Shown piece after piece: positions 10,352-20,791 of a DNA stretch of 64,000 nt. The stretch lies in NCBI GenBank assembly GCA_963662275.1, contig OY759316.1, positions 1,856,001 to 1,920,000 on the forward strand, read 5' to 3'. The notes beneath the pieces are model-generated. The model searched no databases and was not told where the DNA came from. It saw only the letters and a program-made list of their open reading frames with translations. The position numbers were made by a program, and so were the translations under genes. The DNA comes from Candidatus Cloacimonadales bacterium. GTDB taxonomy: Bacteria; Cloacimonadota; Cloacimonadia; Cloacimonadales; DAONDQ01. Positions within the stretch are counted from its first letter, which is position 1, and each line of letters begins with the position of its first letter.

Positions 10352-13300
10352 TCAATCAGCAGTCGACAAATATCTGCAGCCTATACCTGTAATAATACTA
10401 ACTCCACCTGCCTGTGGGATTACTTGGATTTGATTTGTGATACGTTCTTTGATTGCTGGAACATGTGATATGATGCCAATTAATTTCCCTTCATTGTTTA
10501 ATGCGGCAAGATTTTCCAGAGCTATTTCTAAGCTGTCTTCATCCAATGAACCAAATCCTTCATCCAAAAACAGAGAGTCGATCCTTACTTTCTGGCTGGA
10601 CATCGCTGATAAGCCGAGAGCAAGGGATAAGCTGACAATGAAGCTTTCGCCACCTGATAAATTCTTGATAGTTCGAATCTCTCCGCCTTGGTAATTGTCT
10701 ATAATATTCAGTTCCAAGGAATCACTTTCACTATTAATTAGAAGGTAGCGATCAGATAGTTTTTGTAGTTGAGCATTGGCATGAGCTATGAGCATTTCAA
10801 AAGTAATGCCCTGAACAAAACCGCGGTACTTCTTGCCATCAGCAGAGCCAATCAAATCGTTTAGCATTTCCCAACGGGTAAGCTGCGATTTTTGCAGGTT
10901 AATTTGGTGATATTGCTCAGCTTGTGCGGTTTTTTGTTTATTATCTTCTTTCAGTTGCGCCTCGATGGTGCCACTTTCACGGTTTAATTGACTCATTTGT
11001 TCCAAAAGGGTTGCGGAGTAACTTTTAAGCTCATGCATTTCGCTTGTGGTAAGCTGCCTGGCGGTTTCAGTTTGTAGCTTTGTGTTGTTGTCATCGATCA
11101 GGGATTGAAGCCTGTTCTTCTCCTGATTAAGTTGTTCATCTCTATGGTTTAGCTCTTCAAATGTTTTCAGCGGCAGGATGGCTGCTTCAAAATCCTGAAG
11201 CGTAGTAAAGCCAGTTTGGGTAATGGCAGTTATAAATCCTGCACTGCTTAGCGTGTGCTGCTTCGTTGTTTCGCTAAATTGCTTCTCGGTTTTTTGCATG
11301 TTTTCCATTGCTCCTTGCAGATCAGAAGTGCTGGTTCCAAGCTTTAATTGCAGAGAGTTCAGAGTGGATTTTTGTTTGTTTAACCGCGTTATCCAGTTTT
11401 GTTCTTCGCTTTGCACATCTTTATCACCAAAGAGCTGTTGCCTCAGTCCAACTTTATCTTTTATTTGGGCTTGCATTGCCTCTATCTTCTGCAATATAGT
11501 TGCTGTCTGGTTGAGGTGATCTTGTGCTGTGGATTGCTTGGTTAACAATATTGTTTTCTTCTGGTTTAGCTCTGCTTGAAGCAATGCTTCATTATCTTTG
11601 TGCTTCTTCCAGTGATCCCTGGCAGTTTCCAGCATGGAAATAAGAGCTTTAGGTTTATCCAGATCAACCAGTTTCACATTCTGGGTATTGAGTTTGTTTG
11701 CTATGATTTGCTTTTCGGCAAAGATTTTGTCTCCCAAGTTGTTAACGGACTCAAAGCACCGATTATACTCCTCAGTAATGGCTTGCATTTCATATTCGAG
11801 ACCGAGCTTTGCTTGCTGCAATGTAGAAAGGCTTTGTTTTTTCTGATTATGCTCCCGCTCCAACGCTATGATTTCTTTGCTTAGCTTTTCTCCTTTGGCG
11901 ATGATTGCAGCCAGTTTTTGATTTTCTGTGCGATTTGTGGAAATAAGTTTTTCAATCTTAAAAGCAGAAAGCTCGCTCAGGGATAGCTTGAGTTGTGCAC
12001 ATAAGGTTACCAGGCTCTGCCGATTCATGGTATCTTTCGTTTCATGATCCTGCAATAGTTGTTTTTGGAACTGCAGCCTTGTGCGAGTTTCTGTATGATT
12101 ATGTTCCTTGGCTTTCAGTTCCATCTGGAGCTTATTGTAAATGATGTTAAGTTCTTGCATGTCTTCAGCAAGAATATTCGGCACTGACGTTCCAGTATCG
12201 GCATAGGGATGATGCAGTGCTCCACAGAGGGGGCAGGCTTCATTGTCTTTCAGCAGCTTGCGTTCATCTTCCAGATTCACTTTTTTCTGTGAGAGTACTA
12301 ATATGGCGTTTTTATCCTCGAGGCTTTGCTCGGTGGATGCCAATTCTTTATTAAGCACAGTGATTTCACCGTCAAGCTGTATAATAAGTGCATTATCTGT
12401 GCTTATCTGTTTATTCGTAATACTTATAGCGCTTTGGCTTGAGGTATGGGCATTGTATAGGTTTTGCAGTTCAATGAGCTTATTGGCATAGTCGCTAATT
12501 TCTTGCAGATTATTGCGATAGTACGTGATATCATGTTCACATAATAGATCTTCCAGGGATGCTGTTAGGTCATTTTTGCTGATTTGAGTGACAGAGAGAG
12601 CGCTCTGCATGGCTTCCATCTGTAGGATAGTATTCTGTAGTTCGGTTGCCTTGGCTTTATTATCAGCAGCTATAAGTTTGATCTTGGCTTTGCCCTGCTC
12701 CTTTTCCATATCTACTAAGCGCTGGAATTGGTCTAAAAGCAGCGGAAGAGAGCCCTCAAGCTCTGCGTCCTGTGCGTGTTTTTCCTGATAATCGTGCACG
12801 GCTTTAAGATTTTGTTCTGCAGTATTTATTTCAGCTTCGAGACCACTGATTTCTGTGGCAATACCTTGGTATTTGGTTTCTAAATCCCTCTTATCGTCCT
12901 GCAGGGTTAAAAGGGCACTTTGTTGGGTCTGGATCAGAGTGTCCAATTCTCTTACCTGAAGGAAAATCTTCTGATTAGTGGTATCTTGCAATTCTGCTGC
13001 ATTTACCAGTTCTTGTTGCTGTTGTAACTCGAGGGTAACAGACCTGGTAAGGATTTCCAATGTGGTAGTCTTTTCTTGGTATCCCTCAAAATCAGACTTA
13101 AGCTCTTCAAGACGCTTAGCAAGAGATTTTACATTACTGTGCTCCCCCAAAAGAGGCTGAGTTTTACGGGCATTTTCCAGATGTAAACGCTGGGGGGCGA
13201 AATCCTTGATCTGATCCTGCAGTGCGCATAGATTTGTCTTGCTCTCGCTAATCTCTTGGTTTAGACGCAGCAAATTTTCTTTCCAGGAGATCAGAGCATT

Positions 13301-14029
13301 GGCTTCCTCGATGTTTTGTTTCAAGCCCTTTTCTTGTGCGCCTAATTCCATCAGCCTGGCTTGCAGTTCACCGCATTCATCCTGGCTCAATACCTGATAG
13401 GCATTCACCAGTCCCAGTAATCTGCTAAGTAATTCCCGCTCGTGATTCCTGCGTTGAAACACTTCTACCGAAATTTTACTATATATATCTGTACCTGTGA
13501 TTTGCTCCAGAATGGTTGCACGCTCATTAATATCAGCTTTCAAGAAAACATCAAAACCACCTTGCGCCAAGAGCATGGAGCGGGTAAAACGCTTGAAATC
13601 CATGCCGGTGACTTCTTCTACCTTATCCTTCACAGTGACAATTGTACTGGCTATGATAGTAATTTCTTCTGCAACCAATGCAATTTCATGGCTGGGGTTT
13701 TGCAACTTTCCATCTACTTTGTTTCGAGCCTTTTTTTGACTCCAATGGCATAAATAGCTTCCTTGACTTGTCTCAAACTGAACTTCTGCAAAACAACTTG
13801 CCGTCTTGCGAGACATTATATCGTTTCCTGATTGATTTACTCGTTTCAGACGCGGTGTCTCTGCATAAAGGGCAAGACAAATTGCATCCAATATAGTAGA
13901 TTTACCAGCTCCAGTAGGTCCGATTATTGCAAATATTCCATTATTGACAAAGCTGGTATTAGTAAAATCTATCTCCCATTCTCCCTCCAAGGAATTCAAG
14001 TTTTGAAATCTCAGCTTTTGTATTCTCAT
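10352..14029 (-). CDS. sbcC: SbcC/Rad50-like SMC ATPase
   Basis: Walker A GPTGAGKS, long coiled coils, zinc hook CPLCG, signature LSGGESF, Walker B LFLDEGFG. Confidence 0.93.
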   Translation of the reverse strand: MRIQKLRFQNLNSLEGEWEIDFTNTSFVNNGIFAIIGPTGAGKSTILDAICLALYAETPRLKRVNQSGNDIMSRKTASCFAEVQFETSQGSYLCHWSQKKARNKVDGKLQNPSHEIALVAEEITIIASTIVTVKDKVEEVTGMDFKRFTRSMLLAQGGFDVFLKADINERATILEQITGTDIYSKISVEVFQRRNHERELLSRLLGLVNAYQVLSQDECGELQARLMELGAQEKGLKQNIEEANALISWKENLLRLNQEISESKTNLCALQDQIKDFAPQRLHLENARKTQPLLGEHSNVKSLAKRLEELKSDFEGYQEKTTTLEILTRSVTLELQQQQELVNAAELQDTTNQKIFLQVRELDTLIQTQQSALLTLQDDKRDLETKYQGIATEISGLEAEINTAEQNLKAVHDYQEKHAQDAELEGSLPLLLDQFQRLVDMEKEQGKAKIKLIAADNKAKATELQNTILQMEAMQSALSVTQISKNDLTASLEDLLCEHDITYYRNNLQEISDYANKLIELQNLYNAHTSSQSAISITNKQISTDNALIIQLDGEITVLNKELASTEQSLEDKNAILVLSQKKVNLEDERKLLKDNEACPLCGALHHPYADTGTSVPNILAEDMQELNIIYNKLQMELKAKEHNHTETRTRLQFQKQLLQDHETKDTMNRQSLVTLCAQLKLSLSELSAFKIEKLISTNRTENQKLAAIIAKGEKLSKEIIALEREHNQKKQSLSTLQQAKLGLEYEMQAITEEYNRCFESVNNLGDKIFAEKQIIANKLNTQNVKLVDLDKPKALISMLETARDHWKKHKDNEALLQAELNQKKTILLTKQSTAQDHLNQTATILQKIEAMQAQIKDKVGLRQQLFGDKDVQSEEQNWITRLNKQKSTLNSLQLKLGTSTSDLQGAMENMQKTEKQFSETTKQHTLSSAGFITAITQTGFTTLQDFEAAILPLKTFEELNHRDEQLNQEKNRLQSLIDDNNTKLQTETARQLTTSEMHELKSYSATLLEQMSQLNRESGTIEAQLKEDNKQKTAQAEQYHQINLQKSQLTRWEMLNDLIGSADGKKYRGFVQGITFEMLIAHANAQLQKLSDRYLLINSESDSLELNIIDNYQGGEIRTIKNLSGGESFIVSLSLALGLSAMSSQKVRIDSLFLDEGFGSLDEDSLEIALENLAALNNEGKLIGIISHVPAIKERITNQIQVIPQAGGVSIITGIGCRYLSTAD

Positions 14030-15264
14030 TTTGCTTCCTCCGCGTTGGGATCACTCTCTGATAGCATTTGCATAATTTCGTTATAGCAGTTTCGCAGTTC
14101 TAATGATTGAGGTTCATCAATCCCATGCTTTTGAAGGCAGCGTTCAAAAACTTGAATCGTACTGAGATCATCCAAACTCTCATTCAAAGCAGTAGCTGAA
14201 AGTGCCCTACGCATTATACGTTCATTTTTCAAACGTAAAAGCTCAACATCAGTACCAGAAATAATAGACTCAATATCTTCTTTGAGAGATGGTAGAATTT
14301 CATCGCCTGTATAGTAGACTTCAATCCAACATGGTTCACCTTGTTCAACAATCAAATTTAGCTCACTTAAAATTGCGTCCCAGTTACCTTCTATGCTCAA
14401 AAGTCTATTATTCTGTGGGATAGTAATCGGATTGACTGTGGTTTGGGTATCAGAAATATCAATAATTAGCACCTGTTTTTCGTGATCAGCTTCCTTAAAA
14501 CTTAGAGGAAGAGGTGAACCGCTATAACGCAGATTATCCCTACCTTTGATTATTTGCTGTGAATGCAAATGCCCCAATGCGACATAATTGATCTCTGCGG
14601 GGAAAAGGTCTGCCGGAACATACAACAGATTTCCAATATATAGCTCTCTGACTGCTTCCCCTTCTTGTAAGCAGCCTCCAGAAGCAAAGAGATGCCCCAA
14701 TGCAACGATCGGTGGATGGTTTTTGTCTTTTGCTTGAACATCAAACGCTATACTAAAGACATCTTGATAATGTTTAGTGATCCCTGCAAGTAACTTCTGT
14801 TCTTTTTGCTCAATGGATTCATAGGCTTCTATACTACGGATATCGCGTTCTCGGAGGTATGGTACCGCACAAACAATCAAAACACATTTGCCTTCTGCAT
14901 TCTTTATCAGCAAAACCTCATCCGAGGGATTTTCAGTCTTACTTCCTACAACGTGAATTCCCAAGTGCTTAAGCAACCCGCCAGGGGCATTTAAAAAAGT
15001 GGGAGAATCGTGATTGCCACCGATTATGACAATATTTTGACAAGAAGTTTGTTTCATCTGCCACAAGAACTCGTAATACAACTCTTGAGCCCTGCTTCCC
15101 GGCAACGCAGAATCAAACACATCACCAGATACCAAGAGCACTTCTATTTGCTCAGTATTAATTGTGCTAATTAACCAAGATAAGAACTCCCGCTGTTCTG
15201 CATAGCGTTTGTGTCCCATCAAACTGATACCCAGATGCCAATCAGATGTATGTAGAATTCTCAT
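14026..15264 (-). CDS. sbcD: SbcD/Mre11-like nuclease
   Basis: Phosphoesterase motifs HTSDWHLG, GDVFD, GNHD, LGHLH; 4-bp overlap with sbcC. Confidence 0.93.
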   Translation of the reverse strand: MRILHTSDWHLGISLMGHKRYAEQREFLSWLISTINTEQIEVLLVSGDVFDSALPGSRAQELYYEFLWQMKQTSCQNIVIIGGNHDSPTFLNAPGGLLKHLGIHVVGSKTENPSDEVLLIKNAEGKCVLIVCAVPYLRERDIRSIEAYESIEQKEQKLLAGITKHYQDVFSIAFDVQAKDKNHPPIVALGHLFASGGCLQEGEAVRELYIGNLLYVPADLFPAEINYVALGHLHSQQIIKGRDNLRYSGSPLPLSFKEADHEKQVLIIDISDTQTTVNPITIPQNNRLLSIEGNWDAILSELNLIVEQGEPCWIEVYYTGDEILPSLKEDIESIISGTDVELLRLKNERIMRRALSATALNESLDDLSTIQVFERCLQKHGIDEPQSLELRNCYNEIMQMLSESDPNAEEAK

Positions 15265-15394
15265 ATTCTCTCCATTAAAATAAGCATTGAATTCATCTGT
15301 AATCCATAAGATGTATTACTCTTTTTTCTTTATCATATAGAAATTATAGATCCAATCGATTAATCCAATTTGATTGATTACTTATGACAATTCA

Positions 15395-17509
15395 CTAATT
15401 GACATCCAGACATAGTTTAACAGCCAGTTCCTTACTAATCTCTACTGGAGTACTGTTTTTCAGTCTTTTTAATATTGCTTCGATAGATTTATCTTTCAGC
15501 CAGTATTGTAGATACTCGTGAAGTTGCATCTCAAGTGGAAGCATCATTTGAAATATGGATTGTGCAGTGGTCTTATCAAACAATTTATGGAAGATATCTT
15601 CGTATTCTAAAGGATTATCAGGGAGTGACGCCCATGATAGCGGAGAACTTATGGTCATCGATATGTCATCAGTTTCAAATTCAAAATGACCTGCTTCCAA
15701 TGCTATTGCTCTATTGACTATCTTACCACCAAAAGTGTAATAACGGATACTACCCAGGGATTTTACATATGGGATCGACATCAAGTTTATTGTGTCATGG
15801 GCAACTTTCCGTAATGCATCAAAATAGGAGCAAAGTTTTGGTTCTATAAACTTAAAACAATCAGAATCTGAGTTTAGCATTCTCCAGGTGCGGTCGACAA
15901 TAAATGGGTCAATACAAATTTTGCCACCTGGATACATAAAATCGATTGGATTTCTTCTATTTTCAGTAGGATCAAGTGTTATGGAATCCGGAGAAATTTT
16001 CTTTACGATCCAATATTTACCATGAAAGCGAACAACACTACCCTTATGCAACTTAATTAAGTTAATCTCTGGTACTTCTCCCAGATTCTTAGCCCCATGC
16101 TGAATCCTAATGGATTTTGATCCTAAGCTGAAGTTTCCATAGATCATCCGTAAGTCAACAAGCTGGAACAGTTTCTCGTAAGCCGCATACTTGTATTTAT
16201 AATCGTGTTTAAGGACATACTCTTTATCAGCCAATTCAGAAAGAAGAGAGTCAAGTTTAGGTCTATCAAGATAAGAAATATAACGCACAAGATCATTTAA
16301 ATCAGCAACTTTTACAAATTTTCCTTCATTTGCAGCAATGATACTTAAACACTGTTGTGTTAAAGCACCATACAATTCATAAGGTGTCCTTTGGGAAACC
16401 TCTCCATTAATAGAGCAATCGGTTAAAACACAGAACTTTAAAACATCTATCATTAGCTTCTTACTTGTATCAGGAATCAGGCATATGACATTTACTTTGT
16501 TGGACCTTCTGTTTCCTCTCCCAATTCTTTGCATAAATGCTTCAACACTACTTGGAACATCCCAAACTATTACTGCATCTATATCTCCAATATCAATACC
16601 TAATTCTAGGGTACTTGTCGCAATGCATATCGCTGAGTTTAAAGACGCAAATTTCTCTTCAGTCTCGATGCGAACTTGTTGAGATAAAGATGAATAATGC
16701 ACTAACAATCTTTGTGACAGCATCGTTGATTGACTCAAGCATGAGGCAAGACGCTCACATTCTTTTCTGGAGTCGGCAAAGACCAACAGCTTCAGATTAT
16801 TGCCCATCATGAGCCTTTCAATTAACTGCCGGAACTCTGACAAGTGCCTAACATGTCTTATTTGACAATCAATCATTCTTTCAGATGGGTAGTTAAAGAA
16901 ATCTGCTTTTTCCGTAGAACCCATCAAAAAGTCGCGGACACAAGACACATCACCAATTGTTGCAGAAAGTGCGGCCCATTGAATTGGCTGACCTACTAAA
17001 CCCATTAAACGGTGTAGAAGAATCGATAACTGCAACCCACGTTGCGTATTGTATAGTATATGAACCTCATCCAAGATGATAGCTTTTACAGTTTGAATAC
17101 ACTTTTCTTTTCTAAAGAGAAGAACGTCGAGTGATTCTGGAGTAGTTATCAGGATATGTGGTTTTTGGCAAAGGACAAGATCATCTCGATCTCCGTGCCT
17201 AATGCCAACCTTGAGACCAAGGGAAGCGAGAGGAATTGATAATCGTTTTTCAAGGTCATTGACCAGGGCTTTTGTAGGCGAAATGTAAATCAGAAACAAC
17301 TCATTGTTTGTGATTGCATCAATCCAGAACCTACTTACAATAGGGGCAACTACTGCTTCAGTTTTCCCTGAGCCTGTCCCTGAAGTTAGCACTATATTCC
17401 TCCCAGTCACTAACGGTTCTATCACCGCTTCTTGAGAAATACGTATTGAACAAAAACTGCCGTAAAAAGCAGTTGCTACTCTTTTGTCTAACAGATCTAC
17501 TGATCTCAC
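15395..17509 (-). CDS. Lhr-like DEAD/DEAH-box helicase (BrxHI/SngC-like)
   Basis: GTGSGKT, ITTPESL, DEVH, SAT, TSTLELGIDIG, QRIGRGNR; GTG start overlaps upstream stop. Confidence 0.85.
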   Translation of the reverse strand: MRSVDLLDKRVATAFYGSFCSIRISQEAVIEPLVTGRNIVLTSGTGSGKTEAVVAPIVSRFWIDAITNNELFLIYISPTKALVNDLEKRLSIPLASLGLKVGIRHGDRDDLVLCQKPHILITTPESLDVLLFRKEKCIQTVKAIILDEVHILYNTQRGLQLSILLHRLMGLVGQPIQWAALSATIGDVSCVRDFLMGSTEKADFFNYPSERMIDCQIRHVRHLSEFRQLIERLMMGNNLKLLVFADSRKECERLASCLSQSTMLSQRLLVHYSSLSQQVRIETEEKFASLNSAICIATSTLELGIDIGDIDAVIVWDVPSSVEAFMQRIGRGNRRSNKVNVICLIPDTSKKLMIDVLKFCVLTDCSINGEVSQRTPYELYGALTQQCLSIIAANEGKFVKVADLNDLVRYISYLDRPKLDSLLSELADKEYVLKHDYKYKYAAYEKLFQLVDLRMIYGNFSLGSKSIRIQHGAKNLGEVPEINLIKLHKGSVVRFHGKYWIVKKISPDSITLDPTENRRNPIDFMYPGGKICIDPFIVDRTWRMLNSDSDCFKFIEPKLCSYFDALRKVAHDTINLMSIPYVKSLGSIRYYTFGGKIVNRAIALEAGHFEFETDDISMTISSPLSWASLPDNPLEYEDIFHKLFDKTTAQSIFQMMLPLEMQLHEYLQYWLKDKSIEAILKRLKNSTPVEISKELAVKLCLDVN

Positions 17510-18693
17510 ATTGATTCCTGAAACAGATCGTCGAGAGCTTCCACAACTTTTATGATTACATTTCTGACCCTATCCTGAATTTGAACAGCAGCAGCTTTTC
17601 TAACAACCGATTTGAGCTGTGAATCCAACATTATGGTATCAGGTTCCCAATCATATGCAATACCATGTACATCAAAGATTAATAGTGATAGCTCCTCAAG
17701 TTCAATTGTTTGCAATGGACTCATTTCATAAATAGGTAGTTTATCGAATCTAGCGTAATCAAAATCCCACCTTTCCTTCCTCAGTAGAACGCCTTTGCAC
17801 TTTTCAGCAAATTCAGGTGTCACGGCATAGAAAGTTTTTCCAGGGAATAATTTCCCTGAATAAAAATGGAAAAGATTCCAAAAAGCAGTTTCTTGAAATC
17901 TAATATTCCTAAGGTTTGTGATAACATCTTCAAACTCGTCAAAAAGAACAATGAATCCACTTAGCCCAGACTGTTTGCACAAAGTATTAATATCTCTAAG
18001 GATTGCCCAACTCTGTTCATGCCCGTTTTTGTTCATCACAAAAACGTCATCATCGTAGAATTTCCAATCCGGTCTGGGGTCTCTGAAATAAATCCGCAAA
18101 TCAGTGACCAAAGTCTTAAATAGTATTCTTCTCTGACTATTATAAGCTGATGGTTGGTAAAACCAATCCATTATTGTTTCTTGAACTGATTCAATTCCTG
18201 TTGCCCAAGCTCTTATTGCTACATACATTGCCTTAGAATCAAGTACTTCAGAATAATCCCATTTACCATTATTGCACAAATTTTTAAAGTACTCATTATC
18301 AGCTAGTCCTTGATTAATTTTCTTCGTGAACAAATCAAATAAAAGTGATAGTCCCTTATAGTTTTGTAATCCTGGTATTTGGATATTGCGGCATACAGCA
18401 CCAAGAATCTGATCCATACGATTAAATCGGACTGCTGAGTTAGCATCTAAAGTAACAGAACTTACAGCATAGTTCTTTTCTAAGGCTTCTTCTCGAATGA
18501 ATTTCAATAAATGTGTTTTCCCTGAGCCATAGTTTGCCTTTAATAAAAGAACTGTACCGTTGTGTGTATTTAGTCTCTCTGAAAGATCATTAATCTCATG
18601 TTTGCGTCCTACAGTAAAATGCCTTACAAATCCTTCCGGAGGGATACCATTACGAAGCGATTCGATAATAATCTGTGCTTGTTGGGTATTCAT
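17506..18693 (-). CDS. BrxD-like P-loop ATPase (DUF2791 type), copy 2
   Basis: N-terminal IIESLRNGIPP...VGR, Walker A variant ANYGSGKT, Walker B VLFDEFE. Confidence 0.8.
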   Translation of the reverse strand: MNTQQAQIIIESLRNGIPPEGFVRHFTVGRKHEINDLSERLNTHNGTVLLLKANYGSGKTHLLKFIREEALEKNYAVSSVTLDANSAVRFNRMDQILGAVCRNIQIPGLQNYKGLSLLFDLFTKKINQGLADNEYFKNLCNNGKWDYSEVLDSKAMYVAIRAWATGIESVQETIMDWFYQPSAYNSQRRILFKTLVTDLRIYFRDPRPDWKFYDDDVFVMNKNGHEQSWAILRDINTLCKQSGLSGFIVLFDEFEDVITNLRNIRFQETAFWNLFHFYSGKLFPGKTFYAVTPEFAEKCKGVLLRKERWDFDYARFDKLPIYEMSPLQTIELEELSLLIFDVHGIAYDWEPDTIMLDSQLKSVVRKAAAVQIQDRVRNVIIKVVEALDDLFQESM

Positions 18694-18698
18694 ATCAC

Positions 18699-19967
18699 CT
18701 ACTCGTTTCTTAAACGCTCCATAACATCGTCGTAGAGCTTTTCTGTGGGTCTAACTTCTCCCTCGAGATGATCATCAAAATCAGCTATCATGGAAGAAAC
18801 CAATAATCTCCAAAACCTGATACCTGCTAAATGAGAATGTTGCTGGAATAAATCAAGGACACGTTTTTCGACAGCAGTATCCTCAGGTAGTAAGTCAGAA
18901 GCTTCAGGGAATGCACTTATGTATATTTTTTTTATTTTAATTGCTGCCTCTTGATAGTCTTTTAGCTCAGTTTGTACAGCATCAAGATTCCATATCGTAT
19001 CCAAGGCTCTTGGATATCTATTGTCGTCTGGCTTTCCTATTCTTCCAGATAATGCTCCATATATCACAATTCCAAACTTAGGATCTGAGTAAAAGTCAGG
19101 GGTCGTCGCATATATCAAAAACAAACCAGGAAGAGATTCAATGTTGTTTATTAATGATAATAGATTGTTATGAGCTTCTCTCAATACTGATTGACGCATT
19201 ACTGAATAAGCTTGCTCAGCTTCATCAAATAGGATCAATAATCCCTTGTAACCTGATAATCTGACAAATCCTGCCAATGATTGTAGCATGATCTTAGCAT
19301 TATCTTTTGTAATCAATTTACTAACACCAAATTGCTTTCTATATACTCCAATACTCCCTTCTCCACAAAACCATTGCAGTATTTCACCACGAGCTTGTTC
19401 CACAATGGATTCATCTGGAGCTTCAGGTAAGAACGTTTCCCAATACTTCTTAACCATTTTCTTAAAATCGATATCAATACTATGATCAGCCATTAACTTT
19501 TCAGTTGCCTTTTGGTAGTTATCATAGGATATATTGCTTTCTGTGGAGTGTACTCCTGTCGATAGCCAAGCTAATGATTCTCGAATTACTGTTCCGAATG
19601 GAGCAATTTCATTTATACAGTTACCGGCATAGTACGATGGAGTTGCTACCATCCTTACTATTGCTGCAAAGACACTTTGGAATTTATTTAGAGCTGCGCT
19701 ACTCTTTTCAAGTTCTACATTTGAGACTAGGCAGTTGTTCTGCAAAGCAAGTTCCCTCAACTGGCGGAAAAAATGTGTTTTTCCAGAACCCCAAGAACCA
19801 CTAACAAATCTGATAATGCCATGATTTGACATACCGGAAAAATGGAATCGTTTGATTCCATCCATAATTTTCTCATTACCCACTGAGTATAAATCAACGC
19901 CTTTTTGCGGAGGAATTCCGGTACGTAATGATTCAACTACCTGGGATGCAATATTCTGATTACTCAT
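18699..19967 (-). CDS. BrxD-like P-loop ATPase (DUF2791 type), copy 1
   Basis: N-terminal VVESLRTGIPP, Walker A GSWGSGKT, Walker B ILFDEAE. Confidence 0.8.
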   Translation of the reverse strand: MSNQNIASQVVESLRTGIPPQKGVDLYSVGNEKIMDGIKRFHFSGMSNHGIIRFVSGSWGSGKTHFFRQLRELALQNNCLVSNVELEKSSAALNKFQSVFAAIVRMVATPSYYAGNCINEIAPFGTVIRESLAWLSTGVHSTESNISYDNYQKATEKLMADHSIDIDFKKMVKKYWETFLPEAPDESIVEQARGEILQWFCGEGSIGVYRKQFGVSKLITKDNAKIMLQSLAGFVRLSGYKGLLILFDEAEQAYSVMRQSVLREAHNNLLSLINNIESLPGLFLIYATTPDFYSDPKFGIVIYGALSGRIGKPDDNRYPRALDTIWNLDAVQTELKDYQEAAIKIKKIYISAFPEASDLLPEDTAVEKRVLDLFQQHSHLAGIRFWRLLVSSMIADFDDHLEGEVRPTEKLYDDVMERLRNE

Positions 19968-20791
19968 AGTTTCTCCTTAAAAATCATAAAACCAATATAT
20001 CCCCGAGCGGCTGCACCACTTAAAAGGATGCCTTGGTTTGTATCTTTTGTTTGTTGCAAATCAATAGCACGACCATCTATTTCAAAAGGACCCTTTTCAG
20101 CTAAGTATGACAGATCAGTAATGAACTCATCCATACGAAATCCCTTGTCTTTCTTTCTTAGAAGCTTGGTTATATCTTTGATTGGTACACTCGAACCATC
20201 CGGCAAGTGTTCTTTATTTATAATGTACTTATAGTTAGCCCGTAATTGTTTGAGAAAATTACTGCCATGAAATCTTCTGCCAAAAACACGAGTATATTCC
20301 TTTCGGATGATTTCAACAACAGCTTCAATATCTGCAGGTATTTCTGCTAATTTACCTTCATTGTCAATAAGTCTCGCCATGCGTTTAGTTTCGAGTATTT
20401 CCAGTCGAAAAAAACCATTTTTGATACCGTATTTAGGATGAGGGCTGTTCACATCCAACAAAATTCTGGATGATTTACACGCTTCATCAAGTAGCGACGG
20501 ATAACGCCTAAATATCCTATCCGCATCTTCTTTCGCAAGTCGGTATGCCTCTTCTAAATAATTCAGTTCAAGAGGTTTATCCAACCGCATCTTTTTTAGT
20601 CGTTCTGCTTCACGATCAGCCAATGTTAAGAAGTGCATTGACCACCCCTTAGACAGACAATCTAACAAATCGGTGAATAACCGCTCTCTTTTAAAGGTCT
20701 CCTCAGTTTCAGCTTTTAGCTTTTGGTATTGTTCACTTAAACTATTCTTAAGCTGTCGTACTGAGTTAATAATGTCATTATTAAACTCCAT
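19964..20791 (-). CDS. Hypothetical protein (275 aa) coupled to brxL and the BrxD-like pair
   Basis: Start overlaps the brxL 3' end by 11 bp; stop overlaps the next ATG by 4 bp; GGAG RBS; helical N-terminus; no recognised family motif. Confidence 0.75.
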   Translation of the reverse strand: MEFNNDIINSVRQLKNSLSEQYQKLKAETEETFKRERLFTDLLDCLSKGWSMHFLTLADREAERLKKMRLDKPLELNYLEEAYRLAKEDADRIFRRYPSLLDEACKSSRILLDVNSPHPKYGIKNGFFRLEILETKRMARLIDNEGKLAEIPADIEAVVEIIRKEYTRVFGRRFHGSNFLKQLRANYKYIINKEHLPDGSSVPIKDITKLLRKKDKGFRMDEFITDLSYLAEKGPFEIDGRAIDLQQTKDTNQGILLSGAAARGYIGFMIFKEKL

